DNA of 64,000 nucleotides from Bdellovibrionales bacterium (GTDB lineage Bacteria; Pseudomonadota; Alphaproteobacteria; UBA9219): NCBI GenBank assembly GCA_041662785.1, contig JBAZRW010000001.1, positions 261,256 to 325,255 of the forward strand, read 5' to 3'. Shown piece by piece: positions 19,724 to 29,510 of this stretch (position 1 is its first letter; each line of letters starts with the position of its first letter). The notes under the pieces were generated by a model. It saw only the letters and a program-made list of their open reading frames with translations, ran no database searches and was not told where the DNA came from. The position numbers and the translations under genes were made by a program.

Positions 19724-20407
19724 TTAAAAGCGCCCGTTTAGTTCATTTCCCAGCCAGCGCGACATCGGACGTGATTGATACACTTCCGACAAAGGATAGA
19801 CCGTCTGCAACGGCGTGCCCGGATTGACTTGGATGGCATCGTTCAAAGACATCCCACTGCATGTCGAATGAGAGGAAGACGGCAATTTCGCCGAGAAACT
19901 AAAGGTTGGAAGCGGGATACAAAAGGAATTCAGAAACTCCGTCGCCGCGTTTCGAACATAGTCGCAGACCCACTCCCCCGCCTCTTTAATAACTTCTTCT
20001 ACCAACGCCGCAACCGCCGCCTCTATTATCGAAAACCCAGAAAGCATGGCACTAATAGAGCCAAAATAGTCCAGATAGAATTTTAAACAATAGGTCTCCA
20101 TAATTTTTCCCCGCACATATTTTTTCGGGTATTTCTTATCGTTGGCAATCGACGCATCATAAGCATCCTGCATCGTCGATTGTTTGGCCGCCATATGTGC
20201 GCCCGCGGCCTGCGCCATTCGCCCTGCCATTTCCTCATCAGGACAAGGGGGCAAGTTATCGGAAAGCTTTTCCTTCCCCCCCCACTCCGTCACATTGAAC
20301 GCTGTTGCTGTGGGCGAAATGCCCGCGCTGGCGATGACAAAAAACAGCGCCATAAAAACAGGGACAAGGGCTTTTTGAAAAGTCTTTTGTATGCAGCGTT
20401 GGGTCAT
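19724..20407 (-). CDS. Secreted protein sharing a C-terminal YCLK.Y.DYF domain with the next gene
   Basis: 227 aa. Signal peptide; ...YCLKFYLDYFGSISAMLSGFSIIEAAVAALVEEVIKEAGEWVCDYVRNAATEFLNSFCIPLP is paralogous to the C-terminus of the 20433-21749 product. Confidence 0.45.
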   Translation of the reverse strand: MTQRCIQKTFQKALVPVFMALFFVIASAGISPTATAFNVTEWGGKEKLSDNLPPCPDEEMAGRMAQAAGAHMAAKQSTMQDAYDASIANDKKYPKKYVRGKIMETYCLKFYLDYFGSISAMLSGFSIIEAAVAALVEEVIKEAGEWVCDYVRNAATEFLNSFCIPLPTFSFSAKLPSSSHSTCSGMSLNDAIQVNPGTPLQTVYPLSEVYQSRPMSRWLGNELNGRF

Positions 20408-20432
20408 AGGACACCTCTTTCTCTTGTTTTCA

Positions 20433-21749
20433 TCATTGTCGTCTCAAATCCAGTAAGAGCGGCGGCGTATCGGGCCGCCCCGTTGACATTCCACTGACGG
20501 GCGGCAAGCCAACGCCCTTGGGCCAAGAAACAAGACCCTTCTCAACCGCGCTCGCATCAAGCTGCCCATAGCCCACCGCCAAAAGGTTGCCCAAGGAAAC
20601 CCCGTTGCAAGACCCGCCACCACCGCCAGAAATAGTCAGCCCAATGTTCAGGGACGGTATCGCCAGACAAAATTTATTTAACATGCCATCGATAAACTGC
20701 GTGGCCACGTCGATGGCATACTCACAAGCAAGGTTCATAAGTTTGTCAACGACCTCCACTATGATCAGGCTCTCAATCAGCTGCCCGTGGGTCACCATAG
20801 CCCGCAAAGCATTAAAATAGTCAAAATAGACCTTCAAACAATAGGTATCAAAAATCTTGCCACGCACTTCCTTAAGCGGCGTTCCTTTTTCGAAAAGCCA
20901 GCTGCCAGCCGGAGCAAAATCATGCGATTGCCCCCCGCGCCCGCTGTCACGCTCCGTCAGGCGGACCGCCTCGTCCTCTGCCGCTTCAAACGCCGTCGTT
21001 ATGTACGCATCATTCGCCTTGCGAAGGGCAAGCGCCAATGATCGCGAGCGGTCTTGGCAATTCAAGGTTGTCACAATTTCCCCAGAGCCGTCCTTGATAA
21101 TGACGTTCCCATAATCCGTCGATTTCTTATCCGTCACAACTTCTTGCGTTAATGTGCCGTCCAAAAGACCAATGATAATTTTCAGCTCCCGCACAACGGA
21201 GCAGCTACCGGTTTCCTTATACTCCGTAATTTGCCCGCCATAACGGCAAATGCCCCCCTCATAACCACTGCTGGCAATCAAACCGCTTAAAACCGAATAT
21301 CCCGCCTTCGCGCAAGTATTGGGATCCGTGAGCAAGGACTGAATATAAGCCTTTTCCGACATCCCTGCGCTCTGCGCATAGGAAGGAATGTTGGTGTGGT
21401 AAATTTGAAAGGCACAATAAGCCAAAGACCCTTCATTAACTGCCGATAAGCGGCCATCGGCTTCATGGATCGCCATCGCCTTAAGTTCTTTAACGTACCC
21501 ACCGCCATTGGCATCAATGGCAGACACAAGTCCATTCATCTTCATCAGCTCTTCAGCCTGCGCAACCGTCATCTTGCTTTGGGCAACATCCTTGCTCCAA
21601 CGATTTTGCGTATCATGATAATGGGTTGATGGCGTGGCGGCAAAAATCTCCGTCTGCCCCAACACCATAAAGCAAAAAGCCAGCACGCTCGCGACCATAA
21701 GAGCCGCCGCACCTGAAAAAAGCCTATGATAAAGAGTTGGCCCTGTCAT
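20433..21749 (-). CDS. Secreted protein with a possible divergent SLT-like N-domain and the shared YCLK.Y.DYF C-domain
   Basis: 438 aa. Signal peptide. AIHEADGRLSAVNEGSLAYCAFQIYH weakly resembles the SLT motif (ES...AVS.AGA.GLMQ). The C-terminus YCLKVYFDYFNALRAMV...CEYAIDVATQFIDGMLNKFCLAIP is paralogous to the previous gene. Confidence 0.4.
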   Translation of the reverse strand: MTGPTLYHRLFSGAAALMVASVLAFCFMVLGQTEIFAATPSTHYHDTQNRWSKDVAQSKMTVAQAEELMKMNGLVSAIDANGGGYVKELKAMAIHEADGRLSAVNEGSLAYCAFQIYHTNIPSYAQSAGMSEKAYIQSLLTDPNTCAKAGYSVLSGLIASSGYEGGICRYGGQITEYKETGSCSVVRELKIIIGLLDGTLTQEVVTDKKSTDYGNVIIKDGSGEIVTTLNCQDRSRSLALALRKANDAYITTAFEAAEDEAVRLTERDSGRGGQSHDFAPAGSWLFEKGTPLKEVRGKIFDTYCLKVYFDYFNALRAMVTHGQLIESLIIVEVVDKLMNLACEYAIDVATQFIDGMLNKFCLAIPSLNIGLTISGGGGGSCNGVSLGNLLAVGYGQLDASAVEKGLVSWPKGVGLPPVSGMSTGRPDTPPLLLDLRRQ

Positions 21750-21755
21750 TGCCCG

Positions 21756-22235
21756 CTATTCTTTCTCATAAAGTCCGTAAAGTTCAAAATCTTTGGCTTT
21801 TTCACAACTGCCTTGGCCTATCTCTTGCGGTTTCTTGTCCGAAGCAAACCACAAATCCGAAGGCAGGGCGTCGCTATGCCAGCACACAGAAACCGTATTT
21901 TTCTTTAAATCGATATAAAGGCGCGCATTGTCGCTGTTGCAGGCATGCTCCTTACACGCAAACGCGAAAAGAATATCGCCCCTTTGTTCAAGGGGGGCTG
22001 TGACTTGCTTGGCAAGGTTATCAAAAAGACCATCAAAGTGGGCTTGGTCCAGCGCCTTATGCGCTTCCTTTTGCAAGAGGGGATCTGTCCAGAAACTTTT
22101 GCCGTCTTTGGCCTCAAAGGAAAAAACGCCGACCCATTCTTTTAGGGGAGCCAAGGAAGACACGTCCACCACCGCAAAAGACGGCGCGGCGCACCCCATA
22201 ACCATCAGGCATAAGAACGTCACGACACGGTACAT
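21756..22235 (-). CDS. Periplasmic lipoprotein, Ivy-like (inhibitor of vertebrate lysozyme family?)
   Basis: 159 aa. Lipobox LCLMVMGCA, an Ivy-like size, and ACKEHAC resembling the Ivy CKPHDC inhibitory loop. Confidence 0.3.
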   Translation of the reverse strand: MYRVVTFLCLMVMGCAAPSFAVVDVSSLAPLKEWVGVFSFEAKDGKSFWTDPLLQKEAHKALDQAHFDGLFDNLAKQVTAPLEQRGDILFAFACKEHACNSDNARLYIDLKKNTVSVCWHSDALPSDLWFASDKKPQEIGQGSCEKAKDFELYGLYEKE

Positions 22236-22344
22236 GAATCCATCCCACCCTAAACCAAAAACGCTTAAAAGAAACTACGACCCTCTAGGGGTCTTTGGCT
22301 AGAATTTTTTATAGTTTCCTTCCTTCTATCATCAGCGTTTTGGC

Positions 22345-23511
22345 TTAATGATCCCTTAATTTCCCGTCTTTTCTGGGGGGCAAGACGGCAAAGGCAAAAA
22401 CCGTCAGCGCCAGCGCCGCCCATAAAGAATCCGTCCAAAAGTTATAGGCCGACATCAACAAGGCATAGGCGAAGGCTATCGCCGCCAAGGCAAAGGGGCG
22501 AAGAGGCGCGCGCAATCGGACAACGCCATAAAGCGCCAAGAAAAACAGGAAAAGATAAAGCCCAAGCCCCCATGCCCCAAGCTCAACCCACAGCTGCACA
22601 ACCGCATTATGCGGATGCGCCGCGCTTTGTGTGGCGTGAACGTAACGATCCCCATGAGGCACATGCCAATCAAGATTCCGCGTCTGCCCGATGCCCCACC
22701 CGAAAAAGGGCTTTTCCATAATCCGATAGGATAAATAGTCCCATATTTCAACGCGATGAAGCCATGAAGGGGGCAAAGCCAGAACCCTGTCATGCCAATG
22801 GGTAAAGGCGTATTGAGCCACCATGGGCCACGACAACGACCCCGCCCCAACCAGCCCCAACAACCCCATCGTCACTTTAGGGATAACCCAAGCGAAGGCG
22901 AACGTGCCAACCGCCAGAACCTCCCCCGCTTGCGAAGCACGGGAGCGCGTTAGCACCAGCCCCAGCCCTATCGCCAATAATAGCAACGCCAGAAGACCCC
23001 TTTTCTCCTTTTTCTGATCCTTCTTCTCCCACAAGGCCGCCAAAACAGGCCAAACTAACAGGACACCATAAGAAAAGCCGCGATTAAGCTTGGTCGCCGC
23101 CCGCGATTCCTCCCCCACTGTTTCAAAAAGAAGAAACAGCCAGCCATTATGCGCCCAAAAACCAAGCGTCAGAAGGAGGACTAAAAGAAAAAGCCAACGC
23201 TCTGGCAGACGGCAGCGCGTTTGAAGGGCGGGCGACAACAAAAAAAGCAGGGGAAGAAGGATCGTCGCCAATTTCAGCGTTTCCTGCCACGACCCTTGGG
23301 GCATCAGGGACTGGAAACACGACAAAAGCGCCGCCGAGAGCATAAAGAGAACAAAGAGCGCGGCAAGCCCGTCCGGCGCGGGGAAGGCCTTGTTGCCCAC
23401 CCCGTAAAGGAGCGCCAGTAGCAAAGCGCCCCCTATTCCAAGCCCCCCCCATGCGCCACCAAAGAGAAGCCCCACCGTGGCGATCAGTCCATAAAGAACC
23501 AGCGCAACCAT
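22345..23511 (-). CDS. O-antigen ligase/polymerase family (Wzy_C) integral membrane protein
   Basis: About 10 TM segments and a WaaL-type motif HPHNAVVQLWVELGAWGLGLYLF. The start is reassigned to the internal Met MVALVLYGL because the longer ORF reads through an 84-bp hairpin element. Confidence 0.6.
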   Translation of the reverse strand: MVALVLYGLIATVGLLFGGAWGGLGIGGALLLALLYGVGNKAFPAPDGLAALFVLFMLSAALLSCFQSLMPQGSWQETLKLATILLPLLFLLSPALQTRCRLPERWLFLLVLLLTLGFWAHNGWLFLLFETVGEESRAATKLNRGFSYGVLLVWPVLAALWEKKDQKKEKRGLLALLLLAIGLGLVLTRSRASQAGEVLAVGTFAFAWVIPKVTMGLLGLVGAGSLSWPMVAQYAFTHWHDRVLALPPSWLHRVEIWDYLSYRIMEKPFFGWGIGQTRNLDWHVPHGDRYVHATQSAAHPHNAVVQLWVELGAWGLGLYLFLFFLALYGVVRLRAPLRPFALAAIAFAYALLMSAYNFWTDSLWAALALTVFAFAVLPPRKDGKLRDH

Positions 23512-23589
23512 CGGTAGCTGGGTCAAAAAGAGATTGCTGCCTTTTTCCTTCAAGAGTTGGGATAATGGGGCAAGAAAATCAAAAGAAAA

Positions 23590-23673
23590 CGGGATCCCCG
23601 CTTTCGCGGGAATGACAGGATATGTGTTTAAGTTTAGCCCTCTATCGTCATCCCCGCGAAAGCGGGGATCCCG
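23590..23673. repeat. 84-bp composite hairpin / MITE-like palindromic element
   Basis: 27-nt near-perfect inverted repeats (cgggatccccgctttcgcgggaatgac ... gtcatccccgcgaaagcggggatcccg) with a 30-nt spacer. Each arm is itself a GC stem closed by a GAAA tetraloop (cccgc-gaaa-gcggg). Confidence 0.6.
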
Positions 23674-23804
23674 TTTGTTTTTTTTACCATTTACCAACTC
23701 TTGAACTGTTTTGAGCATGTTTTTTTCCTGAAAATCTTTCGTTTTCATAGCCTGTCCACTCCGTTAAGCTGGCCTTCCGTTCAGTTTTACCGGATTAAAA
23801 GCTA

Positions 23805-24266
23805 ATGTCCACCTCTCTTCGCCTCGCCCTTTATCAACCCGATATGCCAACCAATACAGGCTCTATGCTGCGGCTTGGGGCGTGCCTTGGCGTTGGCCTT
23901 GATATTATCGAGCCATGCGGCTTTATCTGGGATGATAAGCGGCTGCGTCGCGTAGCAATGGACTATATCGATCATATCAATTACGAACGGCATCGGGACT
24001 GGGGGACTTTTCTGGCGGCAAAAGGCGCCCGCCGCCTTGTCCTGCTGACCACCAAAGCCGCCGTTCCCTATACCGATTTTGCCTTTAAGCCCGACGATGT
24101 CCTGATGGTCGGGAGGGAAAGCGCAGGCGTCCCCGAAGACATTCATAACGCCGTCGATGCACGGGTTACGATCCCCATGGAAGAGGGGCTTCGCTCCCTG
24201 AACGTCGCCCTTGCCGCCGCCATGGTTTTGGGGGAGGCGCTCAGGCAAACAGAAGTGACGCGATAG
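23805..24266 (+). CDS. trmL: tRNA (cytidine/uridine-2'-O)-methyltransferase TrmL (SpoU class)
   Basis: 153 aa. LALYQPDMPTNTGSMLRLGACLGVGLDIIEP...VLLTTKA, a SPOUT methylase of YibK/TrmL size and motifs. Confidence 0.75.
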   Translation: MSTSLRLALYQPDMPTNTGSMLRLGACLGVGLDIIEPCGFIWDDKRLRRVAMDYIDHINYERHRDWGTFLAAKGARRLVLLTTKAAVPYTDFAFKPDDVLMVGRESAGVPEDIHNAVDARVTIPMEEGLRSLNVALAAAMVLGEALRQTEVTR

Positions 24267-24481
24267 AAACGTCCTAGAGTGCTTGGAAAGTTCCTGCGCT
24301 ACCACCCTAGCCGAGCCCCCGAAATAACGCGTCCAGACCCCCTCCAAACGCAAATGCGGGGCATTCTACGGTGGACTTGTCCCCCATGTAGGCGGAACGA
24401 TCCTACGTTATGGTTAATGTATGCTGTCTAGCTGCCCGTTTCACGGTGGGGAGTCCAATGATAAAATATTTATTAACAAAC

Positions 24482-24511
24482 CTTGAATCCCCCCCTCAAA
24501 GCGCTTACATG
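24482..24511 (+). promoter_or_regulatory. Candidate RpoH (sigma32)-type heat-shock promoter for groESL
   Basis: CTTGAA-N16-CTTACATG about 140 nt upstream of groES. The -10 is only a partial match to the CCCCATNT/CYTATNT consensus. No CIRCE element was seen. Confidence 0.2.
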
Positions 24512-24651
24512 AGTCCAGTCAGAAACAAACCGGTTAATCGGCTTGGTTTCTGATTTCTTTTTCTGTTTCGGCATCGGAACAAGAAAAACAAAAGAGAATA
24601 AACACCCTAAGGCTTTTGCCTTGGACAACAACTTAGTAAGGAGCAAGACCG

Positions 24652-24978
24652 ATGAAATTCCGTCCTCTGCATGACCGCGTCGTGGTTCGTCGCCTTGAAG
24701 GCGAAGCCAAGACCGCTGGCGGCATCATTATCCCCGACACAGCCAAGGAAAAGCCCATGGAAGGCGAAGTTGTCGCCGTTGGCCCGGGCGCGCGCGATGA
24801 ACAAGGCAAGATTGTCGCTTTGGACGTTAAGGCGGGTGATTGCATTCTCTTTGGCAAATGGTCAGGCACTGAAGTCAAAATCAATGGCGAAGAGCTGATC
24901 ATCATGAAAGAGTCCGACATTATGGGCGTGATCGATAAGTGCGCATCCGGCAAAGGCAAGTGCGGCTGCAAGAAATAG
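24652..24978 (+). CDS. groES: Co-chaperonin GroES with a Cys/Lys-rich C-terminal tail
   Basis: [35 protein letters not shown]...[15 protein letters not shown] plus a 12-aa extension [13 protein letters not shown]. Confidence 0.9.
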   Translation: MKFRPLHDRVVVRRLEGEAKTAGGIIIPDTAKEKPMEGEVVAVGPGARDEQGKIVALDVKAGDCILFGKWSGTEVKINGEELIIMKESDIMGVIDKCASGKGKCGCKK

Positions 24979-24979
24979 C

Positions 24980-25064
24980 ATTCAGGATTCAGGGTTCGGC
25001 ATTCAGGGAAATAATCCCGCTGCGATGCTCGTTTTCTGAATCCTGAATCCCGAATCCTGAATCC
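24980..25064. repeat. Heptamer-repeat hairpin in the groES-groEL intergenic region
   Basis: (ATTCAGG)x4 with variants at 24980-25008, mirrored by (CCTGAAT)x4 with variants at 25036-25064, around a 27-nt loop. It starts 2 nt after the groES stop. Confidence 0.7.
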
Positions 25065-25069
25065 TTTAA

Positions 25070-26746
<1,677 letters not shown>

Positions 26747-26778
26747 ACCCCCGTTCCACGCATTGCCCCTAAGGCAAA

Positions 26779-26812
26779 GAAAAACCCCTTGGAGAAATCC
26801 AAGGGGTTTTTT
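26779..26812 (+). terminator. Rho-independent terminator of groESL
   Basis: aaaaacccc-ttggagaaatccaa-ggggtttttta: a GC-rich stem followed by a T-run, 33 nt after the groEL stop. Confidence 0.7.
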
Positions 26813-26836
26813 ATGGGAAATGCCTCCTCCCCCATG

Positions 26837-27028
26837 CTTCGTCATCCCGCACGAAGTCCCGCGTATAGCGGGACGAAGATGCGGGACCCAGCTGAAAGCT
26901 TTTTTCTTGCCGCAATAACCACGGCATCGTCCCCAGCCCCCTGGGTCCCGCATCTTCGCGATGCTAACGCATCGCTTCGCCTGCCCCGCGAAGCCCAAGG
27001 GGCGTAGAGGGGTGCGGGATGACGAAAG
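26837..27028. repeat. About 190-bp nested-palindrome element (REP/BIME- or MITE-like)
   Basis: Outer inverted repeats cttcgtcatcccgcac (26837-26852) / gtgcgggatgacgaa (27012-27026). Inner inverted repeats gaagatgcgggaccc / gggtcccgcatcttc. Additional local hairpins gtcccgc-gtata-gcgggac, gcgatgc-taac-gcatcgc, cttcgc-ctgcccc-gcgaag. The overlapping ORFs (26621-27177) are judged spurious. Confidence 0.6.
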
Positions 27029-27086
27029 AAGGAGGGAAGACGTTGAGTGTTTGTCGCCCATAGGGCAATCATTATGGCCGTTGGCT

Positions 27087-27785
27087 TTACGCGCTTGCCT
27101 TCGCCGTCACATCCTCGAACAACTTTGTCCATTGCTCGACAGGCAGTTTGCCATAAGGTCCTTCGGCAGAAGCCCAATAGGCCAGCATTTGCGGAAAGAC
27201 ATCGGTTTCTTTGCCCCGTACAGGAACAAAATAACGATCAAGCGGCAAAAACCGAAGCCCCTCCATTCTCGCCATTCGTGCAGCATGCTTTTCTGGATCA
27301 ACTTGTTCTAAAAGGGCTGTGGCAAAAATCAAAGGGTCATCGGTTCCCAGCCGCTTCTTGGCCTCCGCCCGCCTTGCCGTCAAAACGTCAAGCGTGCGAG
27401 ACGCCGCTTTGGATAATTCGGGAGAAGAGCTTTCACGCGCAATATACAGCGCATGCGCCACATGGTTGAGATCACCTTGCGATAATTCAGGAAGCCAAAT
27501 CAGATAGCCCGCCGCCGTCTGCCCCGCACGATCAAGCGTTGCCGTCAGCTCACAAAAGGAACAGACCGTCGCAAAATCATCCCCGCCGCCCTTTCCCGAA
27601 GAAAGAGCGCCCATGGGCAGCACGCGCTGATATTTTTTGGAAACGAACCCGCAGCAACGGCAAGAAAAAGAATCGCGCCCAAGCGTTTTTTCAAACTGAC
27701 TCTTGGACGGAATACTGTTCTTTGAAACCGCCCCCTTGGCGTCAGGCCGTTGCCCAACGCCAAGAGAAAGGGATAGAAAGGTCAA
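27087..27785 (-). CDS. DotN/IcmJ-like protein (Cys4 zinc-site candidate)
   Basis: 232 aa. Two Cys pairs (SFSCRCCGF ... VCSFCELT). Its position after the DotP-like gene matches the Legionella order icmG-icmC-icmD-icmJ. Confidence 0.35.
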   Translation of the reverse strand: MTFLSLSLGVGQRPDAKGAVSKNSIPSKSQFEKTLGRDSFSCRCCGFVSKKYQRVLPMGALSSGKGGGDDFATVCSFCELTATLDRAGQTAAGYLIWLPELSQGDLNHVAHALYIARESSSPELSKAASRTLDVLTARRAEAKKRLGTDDPLIFATALLEQVDPEKHAARMARMEGLRFLPLDRYFVPVRGKETDVFPQMLAYWASAEGPYGKLPVEQWTKLFEDVTAKASA

Positions 27786-27797
27786 GGAAGCAACCGA

Positions 27798-28184
27798 CTA
27801 AAAGGTCGTCGTAAATTTCGTAAATTCCGCCTCCCCAGTAGTGTTCCCCATAACGGACTTCTGAAGAACAGCCGTTATCGTTGGCACGGCTGTTATGGCA
27901 CCGCCCGTCACTAGGCGCGCAATGCCCTTAGACATAGGCTCGCTTGTGGGGTTTTCCGCATGTTTTTTAAGGCTCAACGCACCGGAAACCATCATAAAAG
28001 CTCCGCCAACATAGCAAACAGCACTTAAGATATAAGGAAACACTGGCAATTGCTCTTTGGCTGCGTCCGTAATCAACGCGTTTACACCACTCTGTGCAGA
28101 CGCCAAATCAGGGAGCGCCACAGCAATGATCGCCGTTAATACGCCCCACTTAAACATTTCGTTCATCAATACACTTTTTTTCAT
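27798..28184 (-). CDS. DotP/IcmD-like small inner-membrane protein
   Basis: Start reassigned to MKKSVLM (AGGAGG RBS upstream), giving 129 aa. Signal/TM, then YVGGAFMMVSGALSLKKHAENPTSEP...GGAITAVP. It is paralogous to a segment of the next gene, as IcmD is to IcmC in Legionella. Confidence 0.45.
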   Translation of the reverse strand: MKKSVLMNEMFKWGVLTAIIAVALPDLASAQSGVNALITDAAKEQLPVFPYILSAVCYVGGAFMMVSGALSLKKHAENPTSEPMSKGIARLVTGGAITAVPTITAVLQKSVMGNTTGEAEFTKFTTTF

Positions 28185-28389
28185 CGCTTCCTCCTGGTTA
28201 TAAAAAGTTGCCTTGGCCCTCTTGGTAGGAGGGGTTTTCTTGCTGCATTTTTTCTTTGATCGCAAAGAAAGCCTACAGCAACATACTTTCGATATCAACA
28301 GCTTCCTAATTGGTTTCACCACTTCCGGAAGATTGCCGCTCTTTCCTAATTGTCCTGCGGAAATCTTAATAAGGGCTTAATTAGCCTCT

Positions 28390-29352
28390 CTAATTAATGA
28401 TCCCCGTTCCGAACGTCTTGTCGATGATTTTAAGCATGACATCGATGTTAACGGCCATCGCGCCGCCGACAATATGGGTGACCCCTTGGGGAATCGTCGC
28501 CTGCCCACCACCCTCAACCGCCGATTTAACAATCAACCAGCCCCGAAGGAAAGCAATCCCCCCGATGATTTGAATAAAAGCCAAAATCGCCTTCACCGTA
28601 TTATCGGCCGCCGTTGTGTCCACGCCCGATCCAACAAATTTTGACCAAGCTATGCCGGAAAAACTGCTCATGTTGCTAACATCGCCTGTCCCAAAAAGCG
28701 TTTTAAGAATGTCCGGCAAAACGCTTCCAATCGAAATCAGGACGGCCCCGATTACCAAATTGACTATGATGGTCTTGGGGCTTGAGGCGCGCGGATCTGT
28801 TCCCGTCTTTACGCCCGCAAGAAGCCCCCTGACGATAAACGTCAGCCCCACAATCACGCTGATCATGGCAATCAACTTAAACATAGGCCCGTGAATGTTT
28901 TTCACAAGGTTCTGCATCATGACATCAAGCGAGCTAGCCGCGCCAACAGCCCCCCCCGCACAGCCTGATTCCCAGCTTCCAGAAACACTGCCCATAACAG
29001 AGCGTTGAATAACACCGGCGAATGTAGGAAGAGAGAGGAGAAAGCCTGCCCCTACGGCATGGGCTATTCCCGAGACAATCTGGGATTGGCTTGGATTTTC
29101 AGCGTGTTTTTTAAACAAAAGGAAGGCGCGCACAGCGGCAAAGGCCCCCGCAATATAGGCCGTGGCATTAAGAATATATGGATAGGACGTCCCTGCCGTC
29201 TTCGCATTACAAAGAAGGGCCCCCAACGTATCGGCATCCGCCGCCCACGCTATGCTGGGAGAAAACAGCGTTACAACAAACAAAGGAAGAAACCAGCGTT
29301 CCTCTAAATATTTTTTATCCATTTTCAAACCCATGTTTTTGTTCCAAGACAA
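28390..29352 (-). CDS. DotE/IcmC-like polytopic inner-membrane protein
   Basis: 320 aa. Contains YIAGAFAAVRAFLLFKKHAENPSQSQIVSGIAHAVGAGFLL, paralogous to the DotP-like protein, plus further TM segments. Confidence 0.4.
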   Translation of the reverse strand: MSWNKNMGLKMDKKYLEERWFLPLFVVTLFSPSIAWAADADTLGALLCNAKTAGTSYPYILNATAYIAGAFAAVRAFLLFKKHAENPSQSQIVSGIAHAVGAGFLLSLPTFAGVIQRSVMGSVSGSWESGCAGGAVGAASSLDVMMQNLVKNIHGPMFKLIAMISVIVGLTFIVRGLLAGVKTGTDPRASSPKTIIVNLVIGAVLISIGSVLPDILKTLFGTGDVSNMSSFSGIAWSKFVGSGVDTTAADNTVKAILAFIQIIGGIAFLRGWLIVKSAVEGGGQATIPQGVTHIVGGAMAVNIDVMLKIIDKTFGTGIIN

Positions 29353-29462
29353 AAGAGAGGGACACCACCCCCGCGCACGTTCTTTAAAAACAGCGCTCCG
29401 CGATTCATTCTCTCATACCCATTGTGACGTAAACAATTAAAAACCTGTTTAATTTCACCATA

Positions 29463-29497
29463 AAAAAGGGGGGTCACGCCCCCCCTTTTTTATAGCC
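29463..29497. terminator. Bidirectional intrinsic terminator/attenuator between the dotF-like and dotE-like genes
   Basis: aaaaaa-gggggg-tcac-gccccccc-ttttttat: G6/C7 stem flanked by an A-run and a T-run. Confidence 0.5.
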
Positions 29498-29510
29498 TTA
29501 TGAAAGGACC

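Noticed and set aside
24267-24651. CIRCE (TTAGCACTC-N9-GAGTGCTAA) upstream of groES
   Set aside because: Only a partial GAGTGCT was seen at about 24280 with no inverted partner, which is consistent with RpoH rather than HrcA control in alphaproteobacteria.
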